Shown: piece after piece, positions 62,601 to 64,000 of the stretch | Position numbering within the stretch: position 1 is the stretch's first letter | How the letters are laid out: each line of letters starts with the position of its first letter | Source: Phoronis australis | Lineage: Eukaryota; Animalia; Phoronida | Reading direction: 5' to 3' | NCBI GenBank assembly: GCA_002633005.1 | Contig: NMRA01000120.1 | Location: 129,056-193,055, forward strand | Length of the DNA: 64,000 bases | The notes under the pieces: model-generated | The model's input: the letters and a program-made list of their open reading frames with translations, nothing else | What the model was told of the DNA's origin: nothing | The model's database searches: none | Translations under genes and position numbers: made by a program

Positions 62601-63367
62601 TGCTAATCTCGTATGTTGGTAAATTTGTTTTTAATTCTATGTTTCTGTGGTGCTTTAAGCAACTGATGCATAGGATGTGCTTGTATTATGAAGATCACTC
62701 ACATTTTGAAACCTAGCCTATTGAGGAGACAATGACCATGCCTTTCCATTTTGCAAAGTACAACATACTACATATATGCCCTCTACTGGCCACTTTATGG
62801 TGCCAATAAACAACCCTAGAAGGATACCGTATGCGGTGCAATTGTGGGCGCATTTCAATGCTCTGCGTTGCTCTAGTCTAAATTTTACTAAAAAGACATG
62901 GTGACCCAACTAGTGAGAGGTTGATAAAAAGCCCTAAATCAAATTCTACAGACTTTCCGCTGGTAGTAAAAATCCAATGTCTTTAGGCATTTGGCTCAAT
63001 ACACAAATTTGTAGATAAGGTCCTACATAACCTTAAACAGATAGGGCAAGTTGTCACACTTGTGTCAAGTTGTGTCAATTTTAGTTTTTGTCTGCATTTT
63101 CACTTGTGTCTGGAGAAACTTACACCGGAGCATCTGTCCATGTGGACACAACTTTTGACTGGACAGCTCTGATCACATGACTTGGAGGTATTTTTTATGT
63201 TTCAGGTTGAGAAGCTTGTCAAACCATTCACCTTGACAAGAGAGGTCGCTTTACATCTAAGTGCGAAACAGACGTTCAAAGACTGTCTTGGTAAAACAAG
63301 AATGGCAGGAGAGGAATGGCTACTGACAAATGAGGACAAAGAGTCCTATATACCTGAGATAGGAGTG
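50349..63367 (+). CDS. MVP: Major vault protein-like (divergent), first seven coding exons (266 aa); continues beyond the window
   Basis: Exons 50349-50402 (MSKVIGIPPLRFVHVLDL), 56449-56585, 56871-56934, 58316-58537, 59878-59966, 60316-60385, 63206-63367; phases consistent. MVP-repeat motifs: RLEIGPKT, IPPNSYC, PFPLYPGE, AGDMWQLDGPLTY, RVSGEEWL..PGAYLPDVFE, ALHLSAKQTFKD..GEEWL. Confidence 0.9.
50819..52968 (-). mobile_element. CAGGGCTCGAC transposon (hAT5-like), copy 2, in MVP-like intron 1
   Basis: Same TIR and arms as 4529-5883 in opposite orientation; TSD CCCTC (50814-50818 / 52969-52973); the empty site with a single CCCTC is seen at 55804-55808. Confidence 0.9.
53213..53650 (+). mobile_element. 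5'-truncated LINE (L2/Crack-like) 3' end with (TAC)n tail
   Basis: YGLRGENCL...NTMTYGCNSISHKGTLMWNSLP..RQCTALNEF, followed by a 3' UTR, AATAAA and TATTAC(TAC)n; TACAT present on both sides. Confidence 0.75.
53780..53860 (-). mobile_element. tRNA-like SINE head (second, more degenerate copy at about 53030-53100)
   Basis: Minus strand TAGGTGAATGGTTAG (A-box-like) ... GGTTCGATTGCC (B-box-like); both copies share an adjacent about 60-bp block (53104-53163 / 53856-53917). Confidence 0.45.
54270..54462 (-). mobile_element. LTR-retrotransposon (Gypsy-like) gag N-terminal remnant
   Basis: MPIVACPIPDCDYVTEDLDNAIVVALITAHSAAH...EKIKRPNVTAAGTSED resembles the N-terminus of marine-invertebrate Gypsy-type polyproteins (recalled, not searched); truncated. 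Confidence 0.6.
55556..56200 (+). other. Duplicated segment (probable alternative haplotype) of 50559-55320 lacking two inserts
   Basis: Begins right after a single N (55555); matches 50559-50818 + 52974-53080 + 55027-55320 with scattered SNPs and indels. Confidence 0.8.
56060..56370 (+). repeat. CACAT(T)-rich low-complexity repeat (also 55180-55345)
   Basis: Degenerate CACATTCACAC units. Confidence 0.75.
61070..63032 (+). mobile_element. Kolobok-like element, copy 4, split by a HINE insertion
   Basis: TTAT-GGATATGTTGGAC ... GTCCTACATAACC-TTAA ends; 61070-61385 and 62878-63032 join to give the same about 0.5-kb family as 19305-19820. Confidence 0.7.
61386..62877 (+). mobile_element. Helentron-type HINE with (GTCC)n microsatellite and about 150-bp/450-bp higher-order tandem repeats
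   Basis: Inserted at a T-run; subTIR ATGTGCCCACA (61393) vs TGTGGGCGCAT (62843-62853); (GTCC)n about 61436-61470; 3' mini-hairpin CAATGC-TCT-GCGTTG then CTCTAGT. Confidence 0.8.
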
Positions 63368-64000
63368 GTAAGCTGCAACTTATGTAATTGTTAGGTTTAT
63401 CTTGACAGTAACAAAGTTTTCTTTTTCGAAGAAATATTAATTTAACTTCATTTTCTGTGTGCGGTTGAAGGCAGCACGTCATCATGATTTTATTTTTCAA
63501 TAAGAATTTTTGACAATTCTTTGAAATCTTCTGTAACTACTGTAAGGACCCCAAAAATTCGGATTAATAAGCAACAATTAAAGAATATTTAGACACAATA
63601 TGGCCACAAGTCTTCGTTGTTGTCTTCTAAGATTACAGTCTCTTAAACTGTTGTCTAAAATTTTATCACTTTTAATTCTTTGGTGGTAACAGTACCATAG
63701 TTTTCAAAATAAACTGGACAACGTTAAAATTTGACGTAGATGTGATGCTGCACAAAACTGCAAGGAAATATCCATTTCTTTATGGGTAGAACCCATTTCA
63801 ATTTTGGCTAAATATTGACAAAATCTTGACGTCATGTGTTACTCCGCTTAATTTGTCGAAAAAGCAACTACTTCCTGTTCAGCTCCATTGATTCGCAAAT
63901 AAACAATAAGTGGTGTGGCTCAGTGAGGTAAAAATGCCATTTTAGTGTGTCAAAAAATATCTGCCTGGTAACTGAGTTGTATGATTACAGGACGTATCGT

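Overview
This is AT-rich, intron-rich animal DNA, most likely a marine invertebrate; the taxon cannot be fixed from the sequence. Five spliced genes can be rebuilt by hand with GT-AG junctions and consistent phases: the 3' part of an SLC17/sialin-type transporter (+), LRP2BP (-, complete, 348 aa), DPCD (+, complete, 198 aa), BUB3 (-, complete, 327 aa) and the 5' part of a divergent major vault protein gene (+, runs off the window). LRP2BP/DPCD and BUB3/MVP-like are head-to-head pairs. Introns and spacers are full of non-autonomous DNA transposons (CAGGG-ended elements with a 5-bp TSD confirmed by an empty site, Helentron/HINE-like, Kolobok-like, Tc1/mariner-like, a CAC-ended Transib/RAG-like MITE, a long-TIR foldback) plus LINE, LTR and SINE remnants. 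The most unusual observations are: (1) a 30-bp minisatellite made of copies of the SLC17 exon's own 3' splice site, with an AG|GT junction and an in-frame stop in each unit; (2) a Helentron-borne, phased array of CTCF-type motifs; (3) a divergent MVP paralogue; (4) what appear to be two haplotypes assembled in tandem, exposing filled and empty insertion sites. All family assignments come from recalled sequence knowledge, not database searches.
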